Counted from the stretch's first letter, positions 1-9,828 are shown. The stretch is DNA of 64,000 bases from Bacillota bacterium (GCA_051744805.1 JBNJDK010000002.1:9791-73790); one strand, 5' to 3'. Made by a program: numbers and translations. The notes: a model not told the origin generated them from the sequence alone.

Positions 1-306
1 TATTCCATCATTTTTTGAACTATAAGGTTTTCCGGTATTCTCCTGAATAGGAAGTGCATCCATATCTGCTCTTAATAAAATTGTCTTATCATTTTCACTA
101 TTAGAATTTTCTAATAAACCACAGACACCTGTGTGATAAATTCCTGATTTAACTTTTAAATCTAATTTTTTCAACTCTTTTTCCACTAAAGCTGCAGTTT
201 CTTTTTCCTCATAAGCTAATTCCGGGTTTTGATGAATAATATGTCTTATCTCAATTATCTCATCTTCAATATCTTCAACCATTTTAAATATTTTTTTCTT
301 ATCCAT
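1..306 (-). CDS. M20D-family amidohydrolase (N-acyl-L-amino-acid amidohydrolase / hippurate-hydrolase-like); only the N-terminal 102 codons are present, the gene runs off the left edge
   Basis: Own translation from ATG at 306: MDKKKIFKMVEDIEDEIIEIRHIIHQNPELAYEEKETAALVEKELKKLDLKV...ILLRADMDALPIQENTGKPYSSKNDGI. The HQNPEL..EE and RADMDALP motifs are typical of M20D enzymes. Absent from the ORF track because it is truncated. Confidence 0.75.
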   Translation of the reverse strand, partial: MDKKKIFKMVEDIEDEIIEIRHIIHQNPELAYEEKETAALVEKELKKLDLKVKSGIYHTGVCGLLENSNSENDKTILLRADMDALPIQENTGKPYSSKNDGI

Positions 307-323
307 AAAGTCCTCCTATTTTA

Positions 324-971
324 TTATGACTCAAAGGTTTCATAGAATAAGTTGAGAAGTCTTTCTAATTCCTCTATTGGGTTTTCATGGTCATCAACTC
401 TTAAATCAATATACCTATCATTATATCCTCCATAGCCACCGTTTTCTTTAACTACATAAAGAGCTGCTGCTTGTTTACCTCTACTATCTCCTCCTGCTTT
501 TTGACCTGCTTTTAAACTGCCTATTAATCTATCTGCTAAATCACCTTTTTCATTCTGAAAAGTAGAAGCCATTTGTTCTATAGTTTTTTCATCAACTAAA
601 ATATTACCTTGAGCTGTAAAATTTCCACCTTTACTGGCTCCTGCCCAGTCATTACATTCTTTTCCTGTAAAATTAGCTGAATTACCTTTTGCATCAATAA
701 TCCCTATTTGGCGATGTTCTTTTTCAGAATCATTTTCAACTAAAAGTTTTATTACTTCGTCAGGAGATTTACCCTCTTTTAAAAGAGAAAGTCCTCTCGG
801 ACCATAAGTTGGATTCCCTTTTGCCTGAGTAGCAATAGCACCAACCCCTGCTTCTGCCCACGGAACTACTGAGCCTACTGCTAAAAATCTGGACTGAACA
901 GCAACTCCTAATTCTTTAGTTTCTGGATCAAAAGCTACAATTGAAAAAGTAGCAATTGTTTCATTGTTCAT
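324..971 (-). CDS. DUF1028-family (Ntn-hydrolase-like) protein
   Basis: N-terminus ..TFSIVAFDPETKELGVAVQSRFLAVGSVVPWAEAGVGAIATQ matches my recollection of the DUF1028 signature. Start moved to ATG at 971 (AGAGGTG, 6 nt, ATG); the track start at 980 is a GTG inside the SD. Confidence 0.7.
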   Translation of the reverse strand: MNNETIATFSIVAFDPETKELGVAVQSRFLAVGSVVPWAEAGVGAIATQAKGNPTYGPRGLSLLKEGKSPDEVIKLLVENDSEKEHRQIGIIDAKGNSANFTGKECNDWAGASKGGNFTAQGNILVDEKTIEQMASTFQNEKGDLADRLIGSLKAGQKAGGDSRGKQAAALYVVKENGGYGGYNDRYIDLRVDDHENPIEELERLLNLFYETFES

Positions 972-1022
972 ATACATCACCTCTTATCTAATTATATTCA
1001 GTTAAATAGATATTTTCAAATA

Positions 1023-2438
1023 TTAATAACCTATCATAACAGCTATAGTTATAAATACCCATCCAACTAAAATAACTTTTATTACCATAGGATATATAAA
1101 TTTAAACCATCTATCAAAAGGAACTCTAGCTAAAGCTAGCATGGCCAGAAGTCCGCCTAAAGTTGGTACAACCAAGTTCATAACTCCATCACCTATTTGA
1201 AAGGCCAAAACAGCTGTCTGTCTACTAATTCCTACTAAATCACTAAGAGGAATCATGATTGGCATTGTTGCCATAGCCTGACCACTTCCAGAAGGAATAA
1301 AAAAGTTAATAACACAGTGTGATAGACTCATTAATATACCTGAAACCAAAGCAGGTAAATCTTCTAGGGGGACTGAAAGAGAATAAATTATAGTATCAGC
1401 AATTTTACCCTTTTCTAAAACAACTGAGATAGCTCTGGCAACTCCTATGATCAAAGCACCATTTGTGAGTTTAGCTGCTCCTTCTATCATTACTTCAATA
1501 ATTTTATCAGGATTATAGCGAGCAACAATTCCAACTATAATAGCACCTATTAAAAATACAGTAGTTATTTCTGTAATATACCAACTAAATTGTAATGTAC
1601 CAAAAATTATTGTTGCAATTATCAAAACCAAAACACCTATAACTGCTTTATGAGTACTCGTTAATTTATATTCTTCTATCTCCTGCTCTAATTCTAAATC
1701 TGATGTGTCCAACCCTTTAGCAAGACTATTTGATTTATCTTTTTCTACTTTATTAGCATATCTATTTGTATGATGGGCAAGAATAGCCAAACTAACTAAC
1801 ATAAAAGCTCCTCTAAGTAAAAATCCAGAAAAAATGGGAAGTTCTGCAATAGCATGAGATACACCAACTGTATACGGATTTATAGGAGAAGTTGCAAATC
1901 CAAGTCCTATAGAAGCGATTGCAATACCACTACCTACCAGATTATCATACCCCATTGCTATAGCAATCATCACACCAATAGGCACAATTGCTATATTATT
2001 TTCAAATCCTACTACTGCTCCTAAAATACCAAACACAAAAGTCATAATCCAGATCATTTTTGTACCAGCGTTTTCTTTTCTTTTTAACTTCTTAACTAAA
2101 ACGCCAATTCCATTTTCAAGAGCACCTGTAGATTCTATTGTATTAAAAAGTGCTCCAGCAAAAAATACTATAAAAACTATACTTGCAGCTGCAATCATCC
2201 CTTCAGGAATAGCACGAAACATAGATATAATCCCAACTGGACTCTGTTCTACAAACTCAAAACTGCCTGGAATTACTCCGATTCTACCATTACTCATTTC
2301 TTCTCTGGCAAATTCACCCGCCGGAATTATATATGTCAAAATAGTAACTAAAACAATAATAATCATTAAAAGGACATAAGCATTAGGAATTTTTTTATAC
2401 CATTTCTTCTGATTACTAGCTTCTTTATTTTTGCTCAT
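1023..2438 (-). CDS. YfcC / DcuC-like anaerobic carrier-family membrane transporter
   Basis: 471 aa, polytopic and hydrophobic. Size and N-terminal KKWYKKIPNAYVLLMIIIVL.. resemble YfcC-family proteins. Sits between hydrolase genes in one operon. Confidence 0.65.
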   Translation of the reverse strand: MSKNKEASNQKKWYKKIPNAYVLLMIIIVLVTILTYIIPAGEFAREEMSNGRIGVIPGSFEFVEQSPVGIISMFRAIPEGMIAAASIVFIVFFAGALFNTIESTGALENGIGVLVKKLKRKENAGTKMIWIMTFVFGILGAVVGFENNIAIVPIGVMIAIAMGYDNLVGSGIAIASIGLGFATSPINPYTVGVSHAIAELPIFSGFLLRGAFMLVSLAILAHHTNRYANKVEKDKSNSLAKGLDTSDLELEQEIEEYKLTSTHKAVIGVLVLIIATIIFGTLQFSWYITEITTVFLIGAIIVGIVARYNPDKIIEVMIEGAAKLTNGALIIGVARAISVVLEKGKIADTIIYSLSVPLEDLPALVSGILMSLSHCVINFFIPSGSGQAMATMPIMIPLSDLVGISRQTAVLAFQIGDGVMNLVVPTLGGLLAMLALARVPFDRWFKFIYPMVIKVILVGWVFITIAVMIGY

Positions 2439-2456
2439 TTTTTCCCACTCCTTTTT

Positions 2457-3659
2457 TTATTTATCCAATTTTTTTATTGTTTCTAGCATAACTTCTGTTC
2501 CTTTTTTGATATCTTCCCAGTCTGTCCACTCTTCAGGACTATGACTTATTCCTTTATGACTTGGTACAAAAATCATTCCTGTAGAGGTAATCTCTGACAG
2601 AGGATTTGCATCATGACCTGCTCCACTAATCATTTCCTTATAAGCATAATTTAATTTTTCTGCAGATGTTTTTATAGCTTCCTGAACTTCTTTGTCTAAA
2701 TAAACACCTCCTTCATATAAAATATCTTCAATAATTAATTCTCCTTCATCAATTCTTTTTTGTACTTTTTTTATAACTTTATTTATTTTTTCCTTCTTCA
2801 TATCCCTTAATTCTATTGTAAATTCGACTTTTCCAGGAATAACATTAACCGCTCCTGGCTCAACTTCTATTTCACCTACTGTCCCAACTAAATCTCCACC
2901 TAGTTTATTAACAGATTCATTAATTTTGATTATTAATCTACTTGCTTTTACTAAAGCATCATCTCTCAAGTCCATAGGAGTTGTCCCTGCATGATTTGCT
3001 TTGCCCTTTACAATAGCTTTATAGCGAGCAATACCAACTATTCCCTGTACTACTCCAATAGGTATTTCTCCTCTTTCCAGAACTTCTCCCTGTTCAATAT
3101 GCATTTCCAGATAATTTCTTACTTTATTTTTATCAACTTCAGCACCTTTAACATCTTCAGGTCTTATACCTTTGTCTTTAAAAAAATTAATCTCTTTTTT
3201 ATTTAACTCAATAGCTCCAGTAAAACATCTACTTCCAAGAGTTCCACCAATTTCACTTCCTTCTTCTCCAATAAAAGCTGCAACAGTTAAATTATAATTA
3301 TTATCATACCCATTTTCTTTAAGTGTTTGTAAACTCTCTAATGCCCCCAAAACACCTAAATTACCATCAAAAATCCCTCCCTGTGGTACTGTATCAATAT
3401 GAGAACCAATCAAAATATGTTTATCAGATTTTGAAGAAGGCAAAGTACCAAATAAATTTCCTACTGAATCATGACAAATTTCCAGACCAGCTTTTTCCAT
3501 TAACTTTACAACAAATTCATCTGCTTTTTTATATTCTTCAGTATAAGGTAATCTAGTTATTCCTTTATCCCCATAGGGTAATTCCTTGTTAACTCCATCA
3601 TAACCTATCCATCCTAATTCAATTAAATTTTCTTTTAACCTTTCTAAATTTATTTCCAT
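2457..3659 (-). CDS. M20-family Zn-dependent hydrolase of the allantoate amidohydrolase / N-carbamoyl-L-amino-acid hydrolase (AmaB/HyuC-like) type
   Basis: Motifs GSHIDTVPQGGIFDGNLGV, FIGEEGS and GAGHDA fit the carbamoylase/allantoate-amidohydrolase branch of M20. Start moved to ATG 3659 (AAGGAG, 9 nt, ATG); the track start is a TTG abutting the SD. Confidence 0.75.
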   Translation of the reverse strand: MEINLERLKENLIELGWIGYDGVNKELPYGDKGITRLPYTEEYKKADEFVVKLMEKAGLEICHDSVGNLFGTLPSSKSDKHILIGSHIDTVPQGGIFDGNLGVLGALESLQTLKENGYDNNYNLTVAAFIGEEGSEIGGTLGSRCFTGAIELNKKEINFFKDKGIRPEDVKGAEVDKNKVRNYLEMHIEQGEVLERGEIPIGVVQGIVGIARYKAIVKGKANHAGTTPMDLRDDALVKASRLIIKINESVNKLGGDLVGTVGEIEVEPGAVNVIPGKVEFTIELRDMKKEKINKVIKKVQKRIDEGELIIEDILYEGGVYLDKEVQEAIKTSAEKLNYAYKEMISGAGHDANPLSEITSTGMIFVPSHKGISHSPEEWTDWEDIKKGTEVMLETIKKLDK

Positions 3660-3732
3660 ATACCTCAACTCCTTATAATATTTAAAACTTTCAAAAATTC
3701 AATTTATTTTGATTTATTTTACTTTTTTATAA

Positions 3733-3749
3733 ATGCATGTATTATACCA
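3733..3749 (-). promoter_or_regulatory. Candidate promoter of the hydrolase/transporter operon: either a sigma-54 -24/-12 element or an extended -10 sigma-70 element
   Basis: The minus strand reads TGGTATAATACATGCAT. GG and GC are spaced exactly as in the sigma-54 consensus TGGCACG-N4-TTGCW, about 65 nt upstream of the ATG. The same bases also read TGgTATAAT (extended -10). Confidence 0.4.
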
Positions 3750-3854
3750 ACCCTTGATAACTGTTAATCCAGGGATAAAAAATACTTCAATGGGGTAAAA
3801 TAATTTTATATAAATAATATACCCCGTTATTAGAGTGTTAATGTTAAATTTCCC

Positions 3855-3882
3855 TTGACTACAAGACTAATAAGAATATATA
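3855..3882 (+). promoter_or_regulatory. Putative sigma-70 promoter of the activator gene
   Basis: TTGACT (3855-3860), 16-nt spacer, TATATA (3877-3882), about 58 nt upstream of the TTG start. Confidence 0.35.
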
Positions 3883-3939
3883 CTTAGTTATAAGAATTTA
3901 ATGATTTTTAATCAGAGAAAAAAACAGGAGGAATAAATT

Positions 3940-5652
3940 TTGCCTAAAAAAATAACTATTTTAGCTATAGATAAAAAAATTTCTATATTTTTCAAAAAAG
4001 AAATTAATAGAATTTTTAATGGTCTTTTTGAAATAGATTATCGTAGTGCAGATATGGAACCTGTTCCAACCATAGAAAAAACTGACCTTATTTTATTTAC
4101 TGATCCAGATATACTTGATAAATTATATGATATTGTACAATGTAATGCTCCAACCCTTATGATGAAAAGAACTATAACAAGAAAAGCTCTGGACAATTTA
4201 AAAAAATTACCTTCAGGAAAAAAAGCACTTGTAGCAAATATTAATCAATATATGGCAAATGATACCCTTGCTCTTCTTTATCAATTAGGTATAAATCAAT
4301 TAAAATTGAATCCTTTTTATAAAGGTTTGGAAGAATTTCCGAAAAATATTGATTATATAATTGCTCCAGAAAAATATGAATTTTTACCAGAAATAGATGC
4401 TGAAATAATAATTATTGGAAATAGAGTTTTTGATATTTCCAATATTATGGATATATTGAGTCTCCTGGAAGTAGAACGCAAAAAAGCAGAACAAATAATC
4501 AAAAATTATATTTTTCGGGTACCTACTTTCTGGTATGGAGCAAAATATAACTGGAATAAAAGAAACAATCAACCAAAAAAATTAACAGGCTATTTTTCCA
4601 AACATGAATTTATTGATTTAATTGGAAAAAACAAAAAATTTTTAGCTACAAAGAAAAAGGCAAAAAAAATATCTGGAACTAACTCCACAATAATATTATA
4701 CGGAGAAACTGGGACTGGAAAAGAACTTTTTGCAGGAGCAATTCATAATGATTCTCCCCGAAAAAATAATCCTTTTGTTGCTATTAATTGCACTACTTTA
4801 CCAGAAAATCTTTTGGAATCTGAATTGTTTGGTTATGAAAAGGGGGCTTTTACCGGAGCTAAAAAGGAAGGGAAAATTGGTCTTTTTGAAAGAGCAGATA
4901 AAGGTACATTATTTTTAGATGAAATAGGAGATTTGCCTCTATCCTTACAAACAAGACTTCTCCGTGTTCTTGAAGAAAAAGAAATTATGAGAATCGGTGG
5001 AGATTCAATAATACCAGTTGATGTCAGAATTATTGCTGCAACAAATCGCAATTTGCAAAAACTAGTAAATAAAGGAGAATTTAGAAAAGATTTGTATTTT
5101 CGTTTAAATGTATTCCAATTTAATATTCCTTCATTAAGAGAAAGAAGAGATGATATACCTCTTTTAATTGAACATTTTTTTGAAAAATGGCAAAGTAAAA
5201 GAAATTTAAACCAAAATTTTATTTCTTTTTACAAAAATTATAACTGGCCAGGAAATATTCGAGAATTAAAAAATGTACTAAAGAATATGATAACCCTTTC
5301 TCAGGATGATTTAAAACTGGAAAATTTGCCTGATTATCTAAAAAATGAAGATAATTTTAGTAAGGAAATAAAGAAAAATATAGTTTTAAAGTTAATATAT
5401 ATATTAGAAAATGAAAATAAAGATACTGGTAGAAGAACTCTACTTGAACTATTCAAACAATTATATTTTTATATATCAGAAATGAATTTGAGAAAAATAT
5501 TAAAATCACTTGAAGAAGATGATTACATTAAGATAAATAGAGGACGAAAGGGAAATTCCATAACTAAAAAAGGACAAAAATTTTTAATAGAAAATAATTA
5601 TATTAGCAATAATAATGCTGAACTCAGAGAAAAAATAAAAAACTCCTTTTAG
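3940..5652 (+). CDS. Sigma-54-dependent transcriptional activator (bacterial enhancer-binding protein) with atypical N- and C-terminal domains
   Basis: AAA+ core: Walker A GETGTGKE, sigma-54 contact loop GAFTGA, Walker [42 protein letters not shown] start preceded by AGGAGGA plus 7 nt. Confidence 0.9.
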   Translation: MPKKITILAIDKKISIFFKKEINRIFNGLFEIDYRSADMEPVPTIEKTDLILFTDPDILDKLYDIVQCNAPTLMMKRTITRKALDNLKKLPSGKKALVANINQYMANDTLALLYQLGINQLKLNPFYKGLEEFPKNIDYIIAPEKYEFLPEIDAEIIIIGNRVFDISNIMDILSLLEVERKKAEQIIKNYIFRVPTFWYGAKYNWNKRNNQPKKLTGYFSKHEFIDLIGKNKKFLATKKKAKKISGTNSTIILYGETGTGKELFAGAIHNDSPRKNNPFVAINCTTLPENLLESELFGYEKGAFTGAKKEGKIGLFERADKGTLFLDEIGDLPLSLQTRLLRVLEEKEIMRIGGDSIIPVDVRIIAATNRNLQKLVNKGEFRKDLYFRLNVFQFNIPSLRERRDDIPLLIEHFFEKWQSKRNLNQNFISFYKNYNWPGNIRELKNVLKNMITLSQDDLKLENLPDYLKNEDNFSKEIKKNIVLKLIYILENENKDTGRRTLLELFKQLYFYISEMNLRKILKSLEEDDYIKINRGRKGNSITKKGQKFLIENNYISNNNAELREKIKNSF

Positions 5653-5690
5653 TAATAAATAATTTTCTCAAAACTAATTACTAAAAGGAG
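5643..5690. terminator. 14-bp perfect inverted repeat between convergent genes (possible bidirectional terminator or RNA hairpin)
   Basis: CTCCTTTTAGTAAT (5643-5656) and ATTACTAAAAGGAG (5677-5690) with a 20-nt loop. The left arm covers the activator stop codon. No flanking U-run. Confidence 0.35.
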
Positions 5691-5720
5691 TACTATGATT
5701 AATTTTATATCCTTAAATCT

Positions 5721-7115
5721 TTAATCTTCTATCTTCTCAATAATATCACGGGCAATAACTATTCCAGCAACTGAAGCCTGCATCAAGCCACGTGTTATTC
5801 CTGCTCCATCTCCACCAGTATAGAAATTTTTGATTTTGGTTTCTAAACTATCATCTACATTTAAACGTGATGAATAAAATTTGACTTCAACTCCATAAAG
5901 TAAAGTATCTCTTGAATAAAGACCTGGGGCTAATTTATCTAAGGCTTCTAACATTTCAATGATTCCAGTTAAATGTCTATGAGGTAATACCAGACTTAAA
6001 TCTCCTGGAGTTGCTTCTTCAAGAGTAGGTTCTACTATACTCCTCTTTATTCTTTCTGGAGTAGAACGTCTTCCATTTAAAAGATCACCTAATCTTTGTA
6101 TTAATACCCCACCACCTAAAAGATTGGCAAGTTTGGCTATATCTTTTCCATATGTTATAGGTTCATGAAATGGTTCAGTAAAAGTCTTACTTACAAGTAA
6201 AGCAAAGTTTGTATTTTCAGTTTTAATATCCGCATGACTGTGGCCATTAACTGTAATTAACCCCTGATTGTTTTCATTTACAACTTCACCATAAGGTGAC
6301 ATGCAAAAAGTTCTTACTTTATCTTCAAAAGTAGGAGTTCTATAAATTAATTTGGATTCATACATATTTTCAGTTAATTCTTCAGCAATAACTGCTGAAG
6401 TTTCAACTCTTACTCCTATATCCACAGGATTAATAGTCATATCAATTCCCAATTTTTTGGCTTTATCACTTAGCCATTCTGCGTTTTCACGTCCTGGAGC
6501 AGTTACTACATATTTTGCATAATAAGTATCTCCATCAGCCGTTTTAACTCCCTTAATTTCTTTTTCCTCTATAATTAAATCTTTAACATTTTTTCTAAAT
6601 TTAATATCTACCCCATTATCACGAATATAATCCTGCATATTACCCAATACAGTTTTACTATACCCTGTTCCTAAATGACGAAGTCTAGTTGGTATAAACT
6701 TAAGGCTTGCTTTAATTGATTTTTCTTTCATTTCTGAAACCTTTTCATTATTTCCACCAAAAATTCTATCAGGTGCTCCAAATTTTAAATACATATCATC
6801 TGCATATTGAATATTTTTTTCAAGTCTCTGCCAACCAATATATTCATTCAAATTTCCACCAATTTCAGGAGTGAGAGATAGTTTACCGTCACTAAAGGCA
6901 CCAGCACCACCCCAACCTGATACTATAGCACAACTGTCACAATTAGCACATTTACTACCTGGATTTTCTTTCATAGGACATATTCTTTTATCTAAATTAT
7001 CTCCTTTTTCTAACATTAGAATATCCAGTTCTTTATTTTTTTCAATTAATTCAAGAACTGTAAAAATACCGGTAGGTCCTGTACCTACAACTATAAGATC
7101 ATAATTTTTTTTCAT
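5721..7115 (-). CDS. FAD-dependent oxidoreductase-like protein (COG2509-type uncharacterised FAD-dependent dehydrogenase)
   Basis: N-terminal dinucleotide fold DLIVVGTGPTGIF..LE and C-terminal GGDGAGITRG. Size and layout resemble COG2509 proteins of Clostridia. Confidence 0.7.
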   Translation of the reverse strand: MKKNYDLIVVGTGPTGIFTVLELIEKNKELDILMLEKGDNLDKRICPMKENPGSKCANCDSCAIVSGWGGAGAFSDGKLSLTPEIGGNLNEYIGWQRLEKNIQYADDMYLKFGAPDRIFGGNNEKVSEMKEKSIKASLKFIPTRLRHLGTGYSKTVLGNMQDYIRDNGVDIKFRKNVKDLIIEEKEIKGVKTADGDTYYAKYVVTAPGRENAEWLSDKAKKLGIDMTINPVDIGVRVETSAVIAEELTENMYESKLIYRTPTFEDKVRTFCMSPYGEVVNENNQGLITVNGHSHADIKTENTNFALLVSKTFTEPFHEPITYGKDIAKLANLLGGGVLIQRLGDLLNGRRSTPERIKRSIVEPTLEEATPGDLSLVLPHRHLTGIIEMLEALDKLAPGLYSRDTLLYGVEVKFYSSRLNVDDSLETKIKNFYTGGDGAGITRGLMQASVAGIVIARDIIEKIED

Positions 7116-7144
7116 TTATCAATACCTCCAAAATAAAGAGAAAT

Positions 7145-7828
7145 TTAATTTTTAAATGGCGATTTCTTTAAAACATTTTTTATCAAAAAAAGTAGTACTG
7201 ATTGTAAAATTATAATTATTAATATAACATATCCTAACCCAATTATATTACCAATAACTAAAAAATCATATAAACCATGTAATAAAATAGAAATGAATAA
7301 CCCTATTATTATTAAATAATTTTTATTTTCAATCTTGGCTATACCTAAAAAATATCCAAATATTCCTGTGAAAGAGGCATGAGCTAGAGTTGTTATAAAC
7401 GCTCTTATTAGGCCAACTTGATACCCATAGATCATCGTGTAAAATAGGTTTTCAGCTGCAGCAAATCCCAAACCAACTGTCACACTATAAATTATACCAT
7501 CTACTCTTTCATCAAATTCAATATTTTTAAAATGGAGAATGTAAACAATATAGGCTTTAGTTCCCTCTTCTATAAATCCTACTATGAATATTGAAGCAAA
7601 TAATAAAGTCAAAACAGAATTATTAGGATTAAGAAGTGCCGAAAAAGGAGATTCTAAATAACTTGCAGGAAAAACACTAAATAAACCCCAAAGGAAATCT
7701 CTAACAATTAAACTTTTCGGTTCAGGATCATATTTGTCTTTTTTGTAAAAATATCTAACCCACAATATTCCTGGCAATATACTTATCAAAAATAATATTA
7801 TTGAATTAACAGGATTTCCCCCTCTCAC
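7145..7828 (-). CDS. prsW: PrsW-family intramembrane metalloprotease
   Basis: Polytopic membrane protein with FIEEGTK (EExxK) and HGLYDF (HxxxD) motifs, as I recall for PrsW. Start codon uncertain (the track start is a GTG without a good SD). Confidence 0.7.
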   Translation of the reverse strand: MRGGNPVNSIILFLISILPGILWVRYFYKKDKYDPEPKSLIVRDFLWGLFSVFPASYLESPFSALLNPNNSVLTLLFASIFIVGFIEEGTKAYIVYILHFKNIEFDERVDGIIYSVTVGLGFAAAENLFYTMIYGYQVGLIRAFITTLAHASFTGIFGYFLGIAKIENKNYLIIIGLFISILLHGLYDFLVIGNIIGLGYVILIIIILQSVLLFLIKNVLKKSPFKN

Positions 7829-7883
7829 TTGAAATAAATAAAAGCCCTCTTTGTAATTTATATAAAGAGGGCCTAAGGTTAAT

Positions 7884-8183
7884 TTATTCTATATCTTCTA
7901 TATCCATTTTGTCTAAAATTAAGTTATATCCATCTTCACCATAGTCAAGTGCTCTTTTTACTCGACTAATAGTAGCAGTTGAAACTCCAGTTTTTTCAAC
8001 TATTTCTTCATAAGTTACACCCTGTTTTAACATTTTAGCAACTTCTAACCTCTGACCAAGAGCTTTAATCTCAGCTATAGTTGCAATATCCTTAAAAAAT
8101 TTATAACACTCTTCTTTATCTTCAAGTAATAAAATAGCTTCAAAAAGTTGGTCAGTAAATTCATTTTTAATACTTTTTGACAT
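7884..8183 (-). CDS. YerC/YecD-family TrpR-like small DNA-binding protein
   Basis: 99 aa. DQLFEAILLL...EECYKFFKDI.T..E....QRL.VAKML..G.TY.EI...TG.STATISRV is the YerC/YecD pattern. Confidence 0.8.
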   Translation of the reverse strand: MSKSIKNEFTDQLFEAILLLEDKEECYKFFKDIATIAEIKALGQRLEVAKMLKQGVTYEEIVEKTGVSTATISRVKRALDYGEDGYNLILDKMDIEDIE

Positions 8184-8210
8184 TATACCCCACCTTTCTA
8201 TAATTACTGT

Positions 8211-9749
8211 TTACTCCCATTCAATAGTTCCAGGAGGTTTTGAAGTAATATCATAAACTACTCTATTTACAGAACTAACTTCATTAACAATTCTGTTAGA
8301 GATTCTTTCTAAAAGATCATAGGGTAATTTTACCCAATCTGCAGTCATAGCATCATCACTATTAACTGCTCTTAAAATAATAGGATAACCATAAGTTCTT
8401 TCATCTCCCATTACTCCAACACTTCTTAAATCAGGGAGAACTGCAAAAGACTGCCAGATTTCTTTTTGCATTCCTGCTTCTTTAATTTCTTCTCTTACAA
8501 TTGCATCTGCATCTCTTAAAATTTCTAATTTATCTGTACTTATTTTACCAATTATTCTGATAGCTAAACCAGGTCCTGGAAACGGTTGTCTCCAGACTAT
8601 TTCTGGAGGTAAACCAAGCACCTCTCCAATTTTTCGAACTTCATCTTTAAATAAAAAGCGGAGTGGTTCTACTAGTTTGAAATCCATATCCTCTGGCAAA
8701 CCACCAACATTATGATGACTCTTTATTGTTGCAGCTTCATCAGAACCTCCACTCTCTATAACATCTGAATAAATAGTTCCCTGAACTAAATATTCTGCAT
8801 CTTCTAATTTACTTGCTTCTTCTTCAAAAACTCTTATAAATTCATTACCTATAATTTTTCTTTTTTCTTCTGGATCCTGAACACCCTCAAGTTTTTCTAA
8901 AAATCTATCCTTAGCATCAACATATACTAATGGAATATTAAATTCTTCAGCAAAAGTCCTTTTAACCTGTTCTGGTTCACCTTTGCGTAAAAGTCCATGA
9001 TCTACAAAAATACAGGTTAATTGCTCTGAAATTGCTTTATAAACAAGTGCAGAAGCGACAGCAGAATCTACTCCACCAGAAAGTCCACAAATAACTTTTC
9101 CATCTTCTACTTTTTCCTGTACTTCTTCAATTTGTTCATTAATATAATCTGCCATATTCCAGGTAGCCTTTAAATCACAAATTTTAAATAAAAAATTATG
9201 CAGCATATTTTTTCCTTCAATTGTGTGGACTACCTCTGGATGAAACTGCACTCCATAAAAATCTCTATCTTTATTTTGAAAAGCTGCGGCTGGAGTTATT
9301 TCTGTTTTTGCCGTAATTTCAAAACCTTCTGGTTGTTTTTCTACTCTATCCCAGTGGCTCATCCAGACCTGACTCTTATTTTTTATCTCAGCAAAAATTC
9401 CTTCATTTTTCAGTATTTCAATTTTTGCTTTACCATATTCACCCTGTTCTGCTTTTTTAACTTTACCCCCAGCTAACTGTGAAGTCATAAGCTGCATACC
9501 ATAGCAAATACCGAGGATCGGGATGCCTAATTCATAAATTTCTTTATCAATTTTTGGTGAATTTTCTTCAGTTACACTATTAGGACCCCCAGAAAAAATA
9601 ATGCCTCCTGGATTGATTTTTTTTATTTTTTCAATATCTGTATGATAGGGTAATATCATTGAATATACATTAAATTCTCTAATTCTTCTTGCAATAAGTT
9701 GACTGTATTGTCCTCCAAAATCAAGAATTAAAATTTTATTTTCTACCAT
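8211..9749 (-). CDS. guaA: GMP synthase (glutamine-hydrolysing)
   Basis: GATase-1 domain ([14 protein letters not shown]), the ATP-PPase SGGVDS motif, and the C-terminal PPGTIEWE end typical of GuaA. Confidence 0.97.
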   Translation of the reverse strand: MVENKILILDFGGQYSQLIARRIREFNVYSMILPYHTDIEKIKKINPGGIIFSGGPNSVTEENSPKIDKEIYELGIPILGICYGMQLMTSQLAGGKVKKAEQGEYGKAKIEILKNEGIFAEIKNKSQVWMSHWDRVEKQPEGFEITAKTEITPAAAFQNKDRDFYGVQFHPEVVHTIEGKNMLHNFLFKICDLKATWNMADYINEQIEEVQEKVEDGKVICGLSGGVDSAVASALVYKAISEQLTCIFVDHGLLRKGEPEQVKRTFAEEFNIPLVYVDAKDRFLEKLEGVQDPEEKRKIIGNEFIRVFEEEASKLEDAEYLVQGTIYSDVIESGGSDEAATIKSHHNVGGLPEDMDFKLVEPLRFLFKDEVRKIGEVLGLPPEIVWRQPFPGPGLAIRIIGKISTDKLEILRDADAIVREEIKEAGMQKEIWQSFAVLPDLRSVGVMGDERTYGYPIILRAVNSDDAMTADWVKLPYDLLERISNRIVNEVSSVNRVVYDITSKPPGTIEWE

Positions 9750-9793
9750 TTTTTCATCCTTTCATCTTATTATTGCATTTGCCTTCAAGGTTT

Positions 9794-9802
9794 ATTATAA
9801 CA
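9794..9802 (-). promoter_or_regulatory. Putative extended -10 element upstream of guaA
   Basis: The minus strand reads TGTTATAAT about 45 nt upstream of the guaA ATG. No convincing -35. Confidence 0.3.
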
Positions 9803-9828
9803 AATTTTTATTTGATTTGCTAGAAATA

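Noticed and set aside
9750-9828. Looked for a purine/guanine riboswitch upstream of guaA
   Set aside because: The leader is only about 45-79 nt long and lacks the conserved purine-riboswitch junction sequences. Only a promoter-like TGTTATAAT is present.
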